A stretch of DNA of 64,000 nucleotides from Promethearchaeota archaeon Loki_b32 (GCA_005223125.1 NJBH01000012.1:41074-105073), one strand, 5' to 3'; counted from the stretch's first letter, positions 40,928 to 50,864 are shown. The notes: generated from the sequence alone by a model not told the origin. A program made the numbers and translations.

Positions 40928-42154
40928 ATGCTTAGAAAGAAAATAGAAGCATCAAAAGAATTAAACAAATTAATGTCTGATTATTATCATGAGTTAGATC
41001 ATGCCTCCAAAGTAAGTGATAAAAAGGTTGCGTGGTGTTCTAGTGTTGGTCCTGCGGAAATCTTAAGAAGCTTAGATTTTGAGGTTTATTTCCCAGAAAA
41101 TCATAGTGCTATGTTAGGATCTTCTAGAATGGCCACAGAATTAATTCCTTATGCTAATGCGATAGGATATTCCCCTGAGATTTGCTCTTACCTTACTGCT
41201 GACATTGGTGCGTATTTAAAACAAGTAACTCCATTATCAAAAGCTTTTACTGATATCACAAGTGTCCCAAAACCTGATGTGTTGGTATTTAATACAAATC
41301 AATGTAGAGAGGTTCAAGATTGGTTTGATTGGTATGCTAATGAATTTAAAGTTCCATTAATGGGTATATCTACACCCAGAACTGTGAGTGAAGTTACAAA
41401 TGCACATATTATATTTATAGCACAACAGATGGAAGAGCTTATTGAACAATTAGAACAAATTTCAATTACAAAATTTGATCTTAATAAACTGAAAGAGATT
41501 GTATCACTCTCACGTGAATGCTCTGAACTTTGGAAAAAAGTGTTAGAAACAGCAGCTACTATACCTTCACCTTTTACCTTCTTTGATGGAACTATTCATA
41601 TGGGACCTGCTGTAGTTATGAGAGGGACTCAACAAGCTGTAGATTATTATAAGATTCTATTAGCAGAATTACAAGACAGAGTAAAAAATCACATTGGAGC
41701 AGTAGATAGTGAGCGTTTTAGACTTTATTGGGAAGGAATGCCTATTTGGGGAAGACTGAGACACTATTCTGAATTATTTGCAAGCCTTAAAGCATGTGTT
41801 GTTGCATCAACTTATTGTAATAGTTGGATTTTTTCTGCTTTTGATGAAAAAGATCCTTTTAGAAGTATGGCAAAAGCATATACTGAACTGTTCATCGTAC
41901 GTTCTGATGAATATAAAGAAGAATATCTAAAAGAAATGGTAGACTTCTTTAAAATTGATGGTGTTATTTTCCACGATGCAAAGACATGCCCACACAATAC
42001 TAACTCCCGGTATGGTATGCCCCAAAGACTCGAAAAAGAAATGAAAGTGCCGAATTTAGTAATAAATGGAGATTTAAACGATTTAAGATGCCTTTCAGAT
42101 GATCAATCGAGAACTAGTATCGAAGCCTTTATTGAACAACTGGAAGAAAGTTAA
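40928..42154 (+). CDS. 2-hydroxyacyl-CoA dehydratase / BCR-family D-component subunit
   Basis: FPENH, ICSY, NQC, WEGMPIW, HDAKTC, GDLND. Confidence 0.85.
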   Translation: MLRKKIEASKELNKLMSDYYHELDHASKVSDKKVAWCSSVGPAEILRSLDFEVYFPENHSAMLGSSRMATELIPYANAIGYSPEICSYLTADIGAYLKQVTPLSKAFTDITSVPKPDVLVFNTNQCREVQDWFDWYANEFKVPLMGISTPRTVSEVTNAHIIFIAQQMEELIEQLEQISITKFDLNKLKEIVSLSRECSELWKKVLETAATIPSPFTFFDGTIHMGPAVVMRGTQQAVDYYKILLAELQDRVKNHIGAVDSERFRLYWEGMPIWGRLRHYSELFASLKACVVASTYCNSWIFSAFDEKDPFRSMAKAYTELFIVRSDEYKEEYLKEMVDFFKIDGVIFHDAKTCPHNTNSRYGMPQRLEKEMKVPNLVINGDLNDLRCLSDDQSRTSIEAFIEQLEES

Positions 42155-42235
42155 AAGAAATTCAGTTTGAGAAAAAAATAAAACATTTTTAAATAATCAT
42201 TAATAAGAAAATTTGAAAGAAAGAGCAAGAAAAAA

Positions 42236-42706
42236 ATGGTAGATAAGATTAAAGCTATTGAAATAAAGAATTATATTGGGAAAGAATTTAGCACAAAATG
42301 GTATCAAGTTACCCAAGAAGCTATCAATAAATTTGCAGATCTTACACAAGACCACCAATTTATTCATATCAACCCTGAAAGAGCAAAAAGATCACTTTAT
42401 GGAGAAACAGTCGCTCATGGTTTTTTTGTTTTATCTATGCTAGGTTTCTTTACTTTACAAGATGGAGAGAAAGACTCCATGCAATTTTATGTAACAGATG
42501 CCAAATCAATCGTTAATTATGGATTTGATAAAATAAGGTTTATCTCTGCTGTTCCAGTTGGTTCTTATATTCGAGATGTTACTCACATTTCAAAAGTCGA
42601 ATTAGTCAAAAAAGGAATGAAATTTACTTCACACCATATAATTGAAATTAAAGGTCAAGACAAGCCTGCTGTTGTCGCAGATTGGATTAACCTGCTCGTC
42701 CTATAA
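42236..42706 (+). CDS. MaoC/NodN-like dehydratase
   Basis: FADLTQDHQFIH, AHGF, VNYGFDKIRF. Confidence 0.92.
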   Translation: MVDKIKAIEIKNYIGKEFSTKWYQVTQEAINKFADLTQDHQFIHINPERAKRSLYGETVAHGFFVLSMLGFFTLQDGEKDSMQFYVTDAKSIVNYGFDKIRFISAVPVGSYIRDVTHISKVELVKKGMKFTSHHIIEIKGQDKPAVVADWINLLVL

Positions 42707-42872
42707 CTCATTATTGCAGACTTGATAATCCTTCTTTTGTTAAAGGGTTATCTCCAATAATTTCTTACATTCTCGGCAATACATCGAAATTTATATTTTA
42801 TGGAGATCATATTTATAATTTCATTTATTTAGTTTATTTTATACTATGATGATTTATTTTTGGTGATGATAC

Positions 42873-43700
42873 TTGATTATTGATGGTCATGTTCATATCT
42901 GTGGTCCTCCATTAAATCAGGAATATATAAAAACTCCTTTAGCAAACGGATCATTAATTACTTTACCATTTAAAAGAGCTGATTGCTCTGTAGATCGCCT
43001 TCTACAGGCCATGGATACTCACAATATTGATATGGCTCTTGTTAATGCATTCCCTGGAGCGGTAACTAACGAGCAACTGTCACAAATAATAAAGGAACAC
43101 AAGGAAAGGTTAAAAGGTTTCGCTTGGATAGATAATCCCTTAAATGAAAGTAATTCTGCGAGGGAGTTAGAGAAAGCATTTACTAAATTAGATCTTAGAG
43201 GTCTTAAACTTAACCCTGGGACACAGCAATTTAGTCCCGCTGATCCTAAGGTTTATCCACTCATTAAAAAAGCTACTGAGCTAAAGATCCCAATCTTTAT
43301 TCACATGTATCCATGGCCTCTCGACGCCTTTGAATATACCAAGCCTGAGCATATATATACATTGAAAAAGCATGTACCTGATGCAATAATCTTAATTGGT
43401 CATACGGCATATCAACATTTTATGGATCTATTACCTCTTATGTCTTATCCTGGAATATATGTTGAGACTTCATTTGGGCTTGAGATGATAGCAGATTTAT
43501 ATGGTGTCAAATTTGCAGAAAGATTTATCCGTAGAATTGGCATTGATAAGGTTGTCTATGGTTCAGACTGGATGGGCACTCAAGATGGGAAAGAAAGAAT
43601 TGTAGATAATAACTTTAGTATATTTGATAAAATGAATCTTACAAAAGAAGAGAAAGCTAAAATCCTAGGAGAAAATATTAGAAACGTTATGGAATTATAA
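42873..43700 (+). CDS. Amidohydrolase 2 family protein
   Basis: IDGHVH, GLKLNP, PIFIH, GH, YGSDW. Confidence 0.88.
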   Translation: MIIDGHVHICGPPLNQEYIKTPLANGSLITLPFKRADCSVDRLLQAMDTHNIDMALVNAFPGAVTNEQLSQIIKEHKERLKGFAWIDNPLNESNSARELEKAFTKLDLRGLKLNPGTQQFSPADPKVYPLIKKATELKIPIFIHMYPWPLDAFEYTKPEHIYTLKKHVPDAIILIGHTAYQHFMDLLPLMSYPGIYVETSFGLEMIADLYGVKFAERFIRRIGIDKVVYGSDWMGTQDGKERIVDNNFSIFDKMNLTKEEKAKILGENIRNVMEL

Positions 43701-43728
43701 CATAACTTAACTAATAGTTTTAAATTAA

Positions 43729-44085
43729 TCAGTTCGAAATTATTTCGTGCAATATATTTTCAATTTTTAATTTTTCCAATGAGTCTGGACTTAGAATATA
43801 AGCTTTTTCTTTATTTTTTTCTTCAACTACTATCATTCCAGATGATTTTATTCTATTTTTAATATGATTTTTCTTATCTTTTATAGCTACATTCAATATC
43901 GAGGTCAACTGATTGTATTGTTTTTCACTAATTTCCTTTTTAGTATAATTTCCCCCATTGTAAACTCCACTTGAGCTAAATAAGGGTTTCACGGGTATAA
44001 ATTCAATGAATCTATCTCTTATAATATATTGATTACCATTTCCATCGAGATAATTATAAATTTTCTGAGAAGAACTTAGAACCAT
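43729..44085 (-). CDS. Hypothetical protein
   Basis: Likely ATG at 44085 just after the SAMP stop; YLDGNGNQY...PVKP..SSSGVYNGG. Confidence 0.65.
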   Translation of the reverse strand: MVLSSSQKIYNYLDGNGNQYIIRDRFIEFIPVKPLFSSSGVYNGGNYTKKEISEKQYNQLTSILNVAIKDKKNHIKNRIKSSGMIVVEEKNKEKAYILSPDSLEKLKIENILHEIISN

Positions 44086-44089
44086 CTTA

Positions 44090-44371
44090 TTATCCTCCAA
44101 CAAGAGGAGGAGAGATAACAATTTCGTCCCCATCTTTTAATTTCGTGTCTAATTCTTCTAAGAACATATAATTTCTTCCATTCACTAGGATTACAACATG
44201 AGTCTCTAAATTTCCTTGTGATTTAACAAAGTTTTTCCTAATTTTCTTTCCATAGGTACTCATGAATTGATCGATGACCTCTCCTAATGTTTCAACATCA
44301 GTATAATTGATATGTGTTAATCCAACATCAGTTGAAAATATAGTCATTAATTTTAGAACCACATTTGCCAT
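44090..44371 (-). CDS. MoaD/ThiS/SAMP-type sulfur carrier (ubiquitin-like)
   Basis: ILVNGRN...LKDGDEIVISPPLVGG with C-terminal GG. Confidence 0.92.
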   Translation of the reverse strand: MANVVLKLMTIFSTDVGLTHINYTDVETLGEVIDQFMSTYGKKIRKNFVKSQGNLETHVVILVNGRNYMFLEELDTKLKDGDEIVISPPLVGG

Positions 44372-44541
44372 TAAATCTTTAATATTCTAATGGTGTTAAA
44401 AATTTTATCCAATAGAATTATTAAGTTTAATCATAAGGTTAAAAATTATTTTTAATCTTTCCTAATCTAGAAGAAAAGTATTTTTTACTTTACTAGATAA
44501 GTTAAATACACTATTACAAAATACTCATCGTAAGTGAAATT

Positions 44542-46092
44542 ATGAATCCCAAAGATGAAATCATCGAACAATTAAAACAGATGATCAATGAAAATCAAGT
44601 TCTAACAGATTTAGTAGACCTGTATGTATATTCTTTTGAGAAAATATTTCTAAACCAACTTTACCCAAAACCTGATGTTGTGGTTAGAACTTCTTCTATA
44701 AAAGAAGAGACAGACGTTTTAAAATTAGGTGAGAGGGAGAATGTTGTAGTAATTAAAAGAGGCCATGAGATTTTATCTCGTGATATCAATTCCTCTGATA
44801 TGATTATCTTATTAGATAATGTGGAGATTCCATCTCTTGAAAGTTGTACTGAGGAAATAGGAGGAAAAAAAGGCCTTATTAAAGATTTTCATGAATTAAT
44901 AAGAAGTGGACATGGAACCTATAGGAATTTTGCGTTAGCTGTTCAAAACTTACTATTTGGAAAAACACTAAGCAAATGTCAAAATTGTATCACTTGTACA
45001 GGGTATTGTACAGTATCTCCTTCTTTTAATGGGATAGAAACTTGGTCATCAAAAGGAAGAATGCTTATAGCTAAGGGAATAATGAAAGGAGAACTAGCGT
45101 TCTCAGAAAAAATTATTGATACGTTATATACTTGTACAAAATGTGGACTTTGTTATGCTCAATGTTTCCAGGATTTGGAGTTTCATGAAGCAATACTTTA
45201 TTTAAGACATATTATAGCTGAAAAGAATTTAACTCCACAGATTTTTCGTACAACAGCTAATAACATTTTTGAACATGGAGATCCTGCCGCAATACCAGTT
45301 AATCGGCGTTTATCACGATTAAAAAATATTACTAATTTGAATTTACCACAAAAAGCGAATATTCTTTGTTGGTTAGGGTGTACAGTAGCAACACGAACTC
45401 CAAAAACCGCCGAGGCTTTTATAAATATATTAAACCGGGGTAATAATGAATTTACGATGTTAGGGAAAAATGAAGGGTGTTGTGGCTATGTATTAATAAC
45501 ATCTGGATTATGGGAAGAAGCCAAAAAAGTTGCAATAGAAACAATTGAAAGGATTGAAAAGACCGAAGCGGAAATTTTAGTGACTCCTTGTTCTGGCTGC
45601 TACTACACTTTTACACGGCTTTATCCTGAAATTCTTGATGTCAATTTACCATGTAAAATCCTCCATAGTTCTCAATTTCTTGAAAAAAAGATAAAAAATG
45701 AAAAAATTAAACTTAAACCTATGGAATTAAATGTTTCTTATCATGATCCTTGCTCCCTCGGAAGACATAGTAAGGTTTATGACCCACCACGTAATGTATT
45801 GAAGGCAATACCTAATCTTAATCTTATTGAGATGCCATTGAATAGAGAGTGTGCACGATGTTGTGGAGGTGGAGGTGGACTTTGGACATTTAATAATCAA
45901 GTAAGTTTAGAAACGACTCAAACAAGGTTAAAAGAAGACTTAATCCCTACAAATGTTAATATTTTAACAACAGCTTGCCCACAATGCCAGCTAAATTTCC
46001 GTTTTGCAGCTCGCACGAAAAATCTTGCGTCTAATTCATTTAAGATCTATGACATAACAGAAATATTTGAAAAAGCTATGCAATTTGAATAA
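44542..46092 (+). CDS. GlcF/HdrD-like Fe-S protein (2 CCG domains) with a vestigial GlcD-like N-terminus
   Basis: CxxCxxCxxxC twice, GC...CCG...CSGC, HDPC...CCGGGGG...CPQC; N-terminal DLYVYSFE...PDVVVR. Confidence 0.8.
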   Translation: MNPKDEIIEQLKQMINENQVLTDLVDLYVYSFEKIFLNQLYPKPDVVVRTSSIKEETDVLKLGERENVVVIKRGHEILSRDINSSDMIILLDNVEIPSLESCTEEIGGKKGLIKDFHELIRSGHGTYRNFALAVQNLLFGKTLSKCQNCITCTGYCTVSPSFNGIETWSSKGRMLIAKGIMKGELAFSEKIIDTLYTCTKCGLCYAQCFQDLEFHEAILYLRHIIAEKNLTPQIFRTTANNIFEHGDPAAIPVNRRLSRLKNITNLNLPQKANILCWLGCTVATRTPKTAEAFINILNRGNNEFTMLGKNEGCCGYVLITSGLWEEAKKVAIETIERIEKTEAEILVTPCSGCYYTFTRLYPEILDVNLPCKILHSSQFLEKKIKNEKIKLKPMELNVSYHDPCSLGRHSKVYDPPRNVLKAIPNLNLIEMPLNRECARCCGGGGGLWTFNNQVSLETTQTRLKEDLIPTNVNILTTACPQCQLNFRFAARTKNLASNSFKIYDITEIFEKAMQFE

Positions 46093-46099
46093 ACTCCTA

Positions 46100-46255
46100 T
46101 TATTTTGCCAAACCCCTAACTTTTGGTTGGCCTGGCCATGGCCATGAGATTCTATATTTAATATTACAGTGAGGACAAGTAGCCTCTTTGACATTTGGTT
46201 GAACAGGAAAACGTTCAAGACAATTCAAACACCTACATTTAGTTTCTTCACTCAT
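46100..46255 (-). CDS. Small zinc-finger peptide (51 aa), missed by the ORF track
   Basis: MSEETKCRCLNCLERFPVQPNVKEATCPHCNIKYRISWPWPGQPKVRGLAK; GAGGAG upstream of the ATG. Confidence 0.75.
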   Translation of the reverse strand: MSEETKCRCLNCLERFPVQPNVKEATCPHCNIKYRISWPWPGQPKVRGLAK

Positions 46256-46591
46256 ACATAGGTCTCCTCTTACTTTAAAATACCAAATAATATTAATGGT
46301 TTAGAAGGATTCAATAATAGGTATGAAATAATTTTAATTGTTAATTTATTGTTAAAAGCGGTCTATTATATTATTCTAAAGTAATTTACTACTTATTAGT
46401 TTACGTTGAAATATTTAAATCTAATGGATAATTTAAATAAAAAGTAAAACTTTTTAATTTTTCAACTGAATACTAGTATTAAAATTGCTTCTGAGTTCAA
46501 TTCTGTTGCTTAAGTGGGCACATATTCCCATCGCACTAAAACGCCTAGTGATTCGTAATGAAATAAAATCAAGAGTTAGAGGTGGAATATT

Positions 46592-48481
46592 ATAGTTTGG
46601 AATAAAAAAATAGCTTATATTGATTTAAGTACTGGAGAAATAACAAAAAAACAGATTCCAAAATCAATTCGACAACAATTTTTAGGTGGTAGAGGTATAA
46701 ATATGTATCTTCTATACAATCACCTCGTACCTGGAATTGATCCTTTAAGCCTTGAAAACGTGTTGCTTGTAGGTGCGGGATTACTTACAGGAATTCCCGC
46801 ACTTGGAAGTGGAAGATGTGATATAGCAGCAAAATCACCTATCACTGGTGCAATTGGCGACTCAAATATCGGAGGTTTTTTTGCACCGGAAATGAGAATG
46901 GCTGGATTTGATCATCTTGTAATAACAGGAAAAGCAGAGAAACCTAGTTATCTTTGGATACATGATGGTGAAATAGAAATATTAGATGCTAGCCATCTTT
47001 GGGGAAAAGACACGTTTGAAACACAAACCTTAATCCGTTCGGATCATGGAGATGAAGAAATAAAATCTTTAGTTATCGGCCAAGCAGGTGAAAATCTTGT
47101 TCGTTTTGCTAATGTTAGAACTGGCATGAAAAATTCTGCAGGACGTACCGGTATGGGATGTGTTATGGGTTCAAAGAATCTAAAGGCTATAGCTGCTCGT
47201 GGAACATTGGATGTTGAATTTACCCATCCAGATCAATTGCTAACTTACTGTAAAGAAATGATCGATATGGTTATGAAAAATCGGTATTCAAGAGCAGCAT
47301 CAAAGTGGGGTACTTTGATTATATATAGCACTACAAATACCACAGGATTAATTCGAACAAGAAACTTTCAATTAAACCAGCTAGAGCAGGGATGGGATAT
47401 TGAACCTGAAGAAATGGATAAGTATACAATTGGTATGTCGGGTTGTTATGGATGCCCTGTCAGCTGTCGACATCGGTATACATTGAAAGAGGGATCTTTT
47501 GCCCCTATTTTTGCTGAAGGTCCGGAATACACTTCGCTTGGTGCGTTTGGTACTATGGTAGATTGTAAGAAAATGGAAACAATTTTAGTAGCAAATCATC
47601 TCGTTAATAAGTATGGTATAGATACGTTAGAAACTGGAGGACTTATAGCTTGGGCAATGGAACTCTATGAAAAGGGTATAATTACCGAAAAAATGACAGA
47701 TGGACTACGACTCGAATGGGGTAATGAAGAAGTTGTGTTTGAACTTATTAGAAAAATTTCTCAAAGGGAAGGATTTGGGAGCGTACTTGCTGATGGATTT
47801 AAAAATGCAATAGCAAAGATAGGAAATGAATCTGAATATTATGCTATTAAAGTAAAGGGAATGAGCAATTTACATTCAGATGAACGTCCAACTCCAAGTT
47901 TAGCTTTAGGTATCGCCACATCGACAAGAGGAGCTGATCATTTAAGAAGTCGACCAGCTATCGATCTTTATGGCTTACCAGAAGATTTCTTAGAAGAAAT
48001 ATATGGTGGTTCTATGTCATCAGATTATAGATCTTATAAAGGGAAAAGTCGCATGGTTTGGTGGCAAGAGCTTTTATACGCAGTTACAGATTCATTGGGG
48101 ACATGTAAATTTCAGACGGTTTTTTTGGCAGTTCATGCTCCAAAATGGGAGGAATATTCAAAACTAATCTATTTAGTTTCTGGAATGCAATATTCGATCC
48201 CCCAACTTATGGATATAGGAGAGAGAATTTACACTATTGAAAGAATGTTTAATATTAGAGAGGGATTTTCAAGAAAGGATGATGCTCTACCCGAACGCTA
48301 CTTTGAGGAAGCTACACCTATAGGACTTCCAAGAGTAAAAGGTCTAAAAATTGATAGAGAAAAATTTGAAAAAATGCTTGATGAGTATTATACCCTTCAT
48401 GGGTGGGATAATAATGGGGTTCCTACAAATAAAATCCTTCAAAAACTTGGAATTGAACGAGAACCATCTCAAATTATTTAA
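46592..48481 (+). CDS. aor: Aldehyde:ferredoxin oxidoreductase (W-pterin AOR family); true start upstream of the ORF call
   Basis: In-frame extension IVWNKKIAYIDLSTGE...FLGGRGIN; KSPITG, GRTGMGCVMGSKNLKA, CYGCPVSC, EGPEY, RGADH. Confidence 0.92.
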   Translation: MVWNKKIAYIDLSTGEITKKQIPKSIRQQFLGGRGINMYLLYNHLVPGIDPLSLENVLLVGAGLLTGIPALGSGRCDIAAKSPITGAIGDSNIGGFFAPEMRMAGFDHLVITGKAEKPSYLWIHDGEIEILDASHLWGKDTFETQTLIRSDHGDEEIKSLVIGQAGENLVRFANVRTGMKNSAGRTGMGCVMGSKNLKAIAARGTLDVEFTHPDQLLTYCKEMIDMVMKNRYSRAASKWGTLIIYSTTNTTGLIRTRNFQLNQLEQGWDIEPEEMDKYTIGMSGCYGCPVSCRHRYTLKEGSFAPIFAEGPEYTSLGAFGTMVDCKKMETILVANHLVNKYGIDTLETGGLIAWAMELYEKGIITEKMTDGLRLEWGNEEVVFELIRKISQREGFGSVLADGFKNAIAKIGNESEYYAIKVKGMSNLHSDERPTPSLALGIATSTRGADHLRSRPAIDLYGLPEDFLEEIYGGSMSSDYRSYKGKSRMVWWQELLYAVTDSLGTCKFQTVFLAVHAPKWEEYSKLIYLVSGMQYSIPQLMDIGERIYTIERMFNIREGFSRKDDALPERYFEEATPIGLPRVKGLKIDREKFEKMLDEYYTLHGWDNNGVPTNKILQKLGIEREPSQII

Positions 48482-48496
48482 AACGAGGTAAATAAA

Positions 48497-48985
48497 ATGC
48501 AAAAAATATTATTTGTCGATCCAGAAAAATGTACTGGATGTAGACTCTGTGAGATTGCATGTTCTCTTCATCATGAAAAGGTTAGTAATCCCTCTCGAGC
48601 AAGAATTCAAATTGTAAAATGGGAAAATGCTGGCTTATTTATACCCATGATTTGTCAACAATGCGAAACGCCTATTTGCGAAATTGTTTGTCCAATGGGT
48701 GCAATAAGTAGAGATGAAAAGACCGGTGCTATGCTTATCAATAAAGAATTATGTGTTGGATGTAAACTATGTGTAATGTTCTGTCCACTTGGGGGAGTAG
48801 GAATTGATAAGAATAGAAAAATTTTAAAGTGCGACCTTTGTGATGGCGATCCTTTATGTGTGAAATATTGTATTCCTGGTGCTCTTCAATTTATGGATGC
48901 AAATGTTATTAATATAAAAAAAAGAAGAATAGCAGCAGAAAAATTATCAGAATTGATGAAAAAATTGTTAGAAGTATCTTTATAA
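48497..48985 (+). CDS. 4x[4Fe-4S] electron-transfer subunit of AOR
   Basis: CTGCRLCEIAC, CQQCETPICEIVCP, CVGCKLCVMFCP, CDLCDGDPLCVKYC. Confidence 0.92.
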   Translation: MQKILFVDPEKCTGCRLCEIACSLHHEKVSNPSRARIQIVKWENAGLFIPMICQQCETPICEIVCPMGAISRDEKTGAMLINKELCVGCKLCVMFCPLGGVGIDKNRKILKCDLCDGDPLCVKYCIPGALQFMDANVINIKKRRIAAEKLSELMKKLLEVSL

Positions 48986-49017
48986 AAAAATATATGATTT
49001 ATTTAAGAGGGTTAAAC

Positions 49018-49965
49018 ATGGTAGAGAAAATAAATTTTGGTATTATTGGTGTCGGACCAACTGGAGGAATTATGGCTGCTTATCTTGCTAAAGAAGGTTA
49101 TAACGTAGTTTTGGTCGACATAAATAGAAATCATATGGATGCTATAAAAAAGAAGGGACTTACGATAACGAATCTTAAAAAATTTAAGACAAAATTTCCA
49201 AAAAAGAATATTTGTTATTCTATAGATGAGCTTCAAAATAAGAAAGTTGATACTTTATTTATTGCTGTAAAAGCATCCCATCTTAAGGAAATTTTACCAC
49301 AAATAAAAAAAGTTGTAGAACCTGGAACTACTTTAATTAGCTTACAAAATGGTTTTGATACAGAGGAACTTATTGCAGAATATGTGGGAGAAGAGAACTC
49401 TTTACGTGTAGTTGTTAACTATGCCGGAAATGTATTGGAGGATGGAATCATAAGAATGTCATTTTTTAATCCTCCGAATTATTTGGGTGTTTTAACGACT
49501 AACGCTGAAGAAAAAGCCAAAAATTTAGCAGAAATTATCAATAAAACCGGTTTAGAAACTATTTTTACTCCAGATATTAAAAAATATGAATGGACTAAAT
49601 GCATACTTAACTCAATAAGCCCCGTTTGTGTAACGACTCGAACAACAATGAAACAAACCTTGAGTATGGAAGGAACAAGAAAAATTTGTAGAGAAATACT
49701 ACGTGAAGGAATAGAAGTTGCACGAGTACGTGGTATTAACCTCGAACCAGATTTTTTAGAGAAGAGTATGGACTATCTGGATAAGGCAGGACACCATAGA
49801 GTTTCAATGGAAGCCGATATAGAGGCAGGTATTCCTTCAGAAATTGGATTTCTCAATGGTAAAATAGTAGAATATGGAAAAATTGAAGGGATTGAAACAC
49901 CTTATAATAAAATATTTGTCTCTTTAATTAAAGGATGCGAATTACCTCCTATAAATCGTGATTAA
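49018..49965 (+). CDS. panE: Ketopantoate reductase family (PanE/ApbA); possibly a 2-hydroxyacid dehydrogenase
   Basis: GVGPTG, AVKA, LQNG, WTK..LN, SM..D....SEI..LNG. Confidence 0.8.
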   Translation: MVEKINFGIIGVGPTGGIMAAYLAKEGYNVVLVDINRNHMDAIKKKGLTITNLKKFKTKFPKKNICYSIDELQNKKVDTLFIAVKASHLKEILPQIKKVVEPGTTLISLQNGFDTEELIAEYVGEENSLRVVVNYAGNVLEDGIIRMSFFNPPNYLGVLTTNAEEKAKNLAEIINKTGLETIFTPDIKKYEWTKCILNSISPVCVTTRTTMKQTLSMEGTRKICREILREGIEVARVRGINLEPDFLEKSMDYLDKAGHHRVSMEADIEAGIPSEIGFLNGKIVEYGKIEGIETPYNKIFVSLIKGCELPPINRD

Positions 49966-50009
49966 ATCATAATTTACTTACAGTGAAATTATAGGGATGA
50001 AAGTTAAGA

Positions 50010-50822
50010 ATGAGTAAGAATTTGTCGACTTCAATTTCTTTTTTTGTTGGACTCGATGTGGGAACTTCATATGTAAAATCAGTACTTATTGATAATAATA
50101 AAGAGATTTTAAGCTCATTTGTTAAACGTACTGGTACTTCTATAGAGAATTCAAGTAAGACTGCTTTTGAAGAAGTTCTTTCAGGTGCATCATTATCTAG
50201 ATCTTCTATAAAACATATTACAGCGACAGGTTATGGAAAAAGTAAGGTTTCATTTGCTGATAGTAATAAAACTGAAATTAGTTGTCATGCAAAAGGAGCT
50301 TATCATTATTTTCCCAAGAAGATTACAGTTATTGATATTGGAGGGCAAGATACAAAGGTTATTAAGCTTGATGAGAAAGGAAAAATAGTTAGATTCAAAA
50401 TGAATAGAAAGTGCGCTGCAGGAACAGGAGCTTTTATTGAAGAGATTGCTTATCGGCTTGATCTCCCTCTAAAAGAATTAAATAACTTAGCAGCAAAATC
50501 TACTTTAAATGCACCTCTTGCAAGTTTTTGCACTGTTTTTGCTAAAACCGAAATTCTTACTCGTATAAAAGATGGTGAAAAAGTAGAGGATATGATAAAA
50601 AGTGCCTTTGATTCAGTTATTAGGAGAATAATTGAGATGGCTGTCCTAGAAGGTTCAATAGTTCTTACGGGTGGGCTTATAGCTCACAATCGTATCATTG
50701 GGGTAATTCTAAAAAAGGAAATAAATGCGGATATTTTGATTCCACCTCACCCACAATTAATAGGAGCAATAGGAGCAGCGCATTTTGCATTAGAAAGTTA
50801 TGTTTTAGAAATAAATCAATAA
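50010..50822 (+). CDS. 2-hydroxyacyl-CoA dehydratase activator (HgdC/FldI-type ASKHA ATPase)
   Basis: GLDVGT, TGYG, EISCHAKG, DIGGQD, NRKCAAGTG, SFCTVFA. Confidence 0.9.
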   Translation: MSKNLSTSISFFVGLDVGTSYVKSVLIDNNKEILSSFVKRTGTSIENSSKTAFEEVLSGASLSRSSIKHITATGYGKSKVSFADSNKTEISCHAKGAYHYFPKKITVIDIGGQDTKVIKLDEKGKIVRFKMNRKCAAGTGAFIEEIAYRLDLPLKELNNLAAKSTLNAPLASFCTVFAKTEILTRIKDGEKVEDMIKSAFDSVIRRIIEMAVLEGSIVLTGGLIAHNRIIGVILKKEINADILIPPHPQLIGAIGAAHFALESYVLEINQ

Positions 50823-50864
50823 ATTTCAAAAAAAATATAGAGTTTTATTAGTTTTAAGGAAATT

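Noticed and set aside
46592-48481. Class II tungsten benzoyl-CoA reductase BamB
   Set aside because: Has canonical AOR motifs (EGPEY, RGADH) and no BamDE-type neighbours; class I BCR is already present
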